Of a stretch of 64,000 bases of DNA, positions 63,448 through 64,000 are shown one piece after another. Under the pieces are notes generated by a model. It was not told the DNA's origin, searched no databases, and saw only the letters and a list, made by a program, of their open reading frames with translations. The DNA is taken from IMG/VR virus record IMGVR_UViG_3300028197_001695, positions 1-64,000 of that record. The stretch is one strand, 5' to 3'. A program made the position numbers and the translations under genes. This DNA comes from a virus. Position 1 is the stretch's first letter. Every line of letters starts with the position of its first letter.

Positions 63448-64000
63448 ATGCCTTCTGTAACGAGAGTCCACTCCCATGAGAGTCAAATATATATTGATAA
63501 TACTTTGATAAAAGGAGTTCAATCTTTTAGCTACGACAATCCAAAAAATGTTCAAGAGCTAAGGCGACTTGGGTCTTACAAACAAGAAGATTATATTTTA
63601 ACAGCAGATCAACCTATTGATACTTCTATAGATTTTATAGTTAATGATCATGTTCTAGACAAGGATGGGAACTACTTGAAGTTTTTGAGTTCAGATGAGT
63701 CTAGTATAAAACTAAAAGATGCTACTGCTGAAACCACTTTCAATAAAGCAAATCTCACAAACTTTTCATTGGATTTTACCGTCGGAGAATTCGCTATAGG
63801 CAAATATGGATATCAGTGTGATTCCTTGTCTGTAGATTCGTCAGAGTCATATGAAGATGCAGATATAGATTCTTCTAAAATAAATATTTTCCGCCCACAA
63901 GATATAACTCTTACCACAAGCCTAGCTGAAGGAATAAATTCTACAGACTATCCCATTCAATCTGCTTCCATTTCCGTAGGTATAGAGAGAAGACCCACAA
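63448..64000 (+). CDS. Tail-tube-like paralogue, truncated by the window end (not in ORF track)
   Basis: Hand translation MPSVTRVHSHESQIYI...GVQSFSY...VQELRRLG...FSLDFTVGE...FRPQDITL...YPIQSASI; open to 64000. Confidence 0.7.
   Translation, partial: MPSVTRVHSHESQIYIDNTLIKGVQSFSYDNPKNVQELRRLGSYKQEDYILTADQPIDTSIDFIVNDHVLDKDGNYLKFLSSDESSIKLKDATAETTFNKANLTNFSLDFTVGEFAIGKYGYQCDSLSVDSSESYEDADIDSSKINIFRPQDITLTTSLAEGINSTDYPIQSASISVGIERRPT

Overview
The window is a fragment of a large, AT-rich, tailed dsDNA bacteriophage genome. A 1457-aa tape measure and no sheath gene in view suggest a long non-contractile tail. From left to right: (1) 1-15 kb holds a glycan-modification and metabolism block (partial gmd, methyltransferases, GT2/GT4/GT9 glycosyltransferases, Hsp20, nrdAB, a sigma-like factor, SSB-like and annealing-protein-like genes); (2) 15-45 kb is a minus-strand morphogenesis module (phoH, ECF-like sigma, C2H2-ERCC4 nuclease, terL, portal, protease/scaffold, decoration, capsid, neck, tail tube, chaperones, tape measure, tail tip); (3) 45-52 kb is a plus-strand array of small early genes, most with their own sigma70-type promoter and apparently leaderless; (4) 52-53 kb is a non-coding, repeat-rich, origin-like segment; (5) 53-64 kb is an accessory block (HNH, endonuclease VII, epimerase, GT31, Ser-rich repeat protein, sulfotransferase, two tRNAs, RuvB, pyrimidine-dimer glycosylase) ending in a truncated second tail-tube paralogue that the ORF track missed. 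The strongest unexplained signal is four copies of a 75-bp element with an exact 25+25+25 layout (palindrome, GC-rich spacer, palindrome) at transcription-unit boundaries in the early region. Other notable signals are ten promoters with ATG exactly 7 nt after the -10 box, a GTGTA motif upstream of at least 13 genes (candidate phage late promoter), and a Ser-rich repeat protein embedded among glycosylation and sulfation genes. All protein calls come from motif recognition by eye; no database searches were run.
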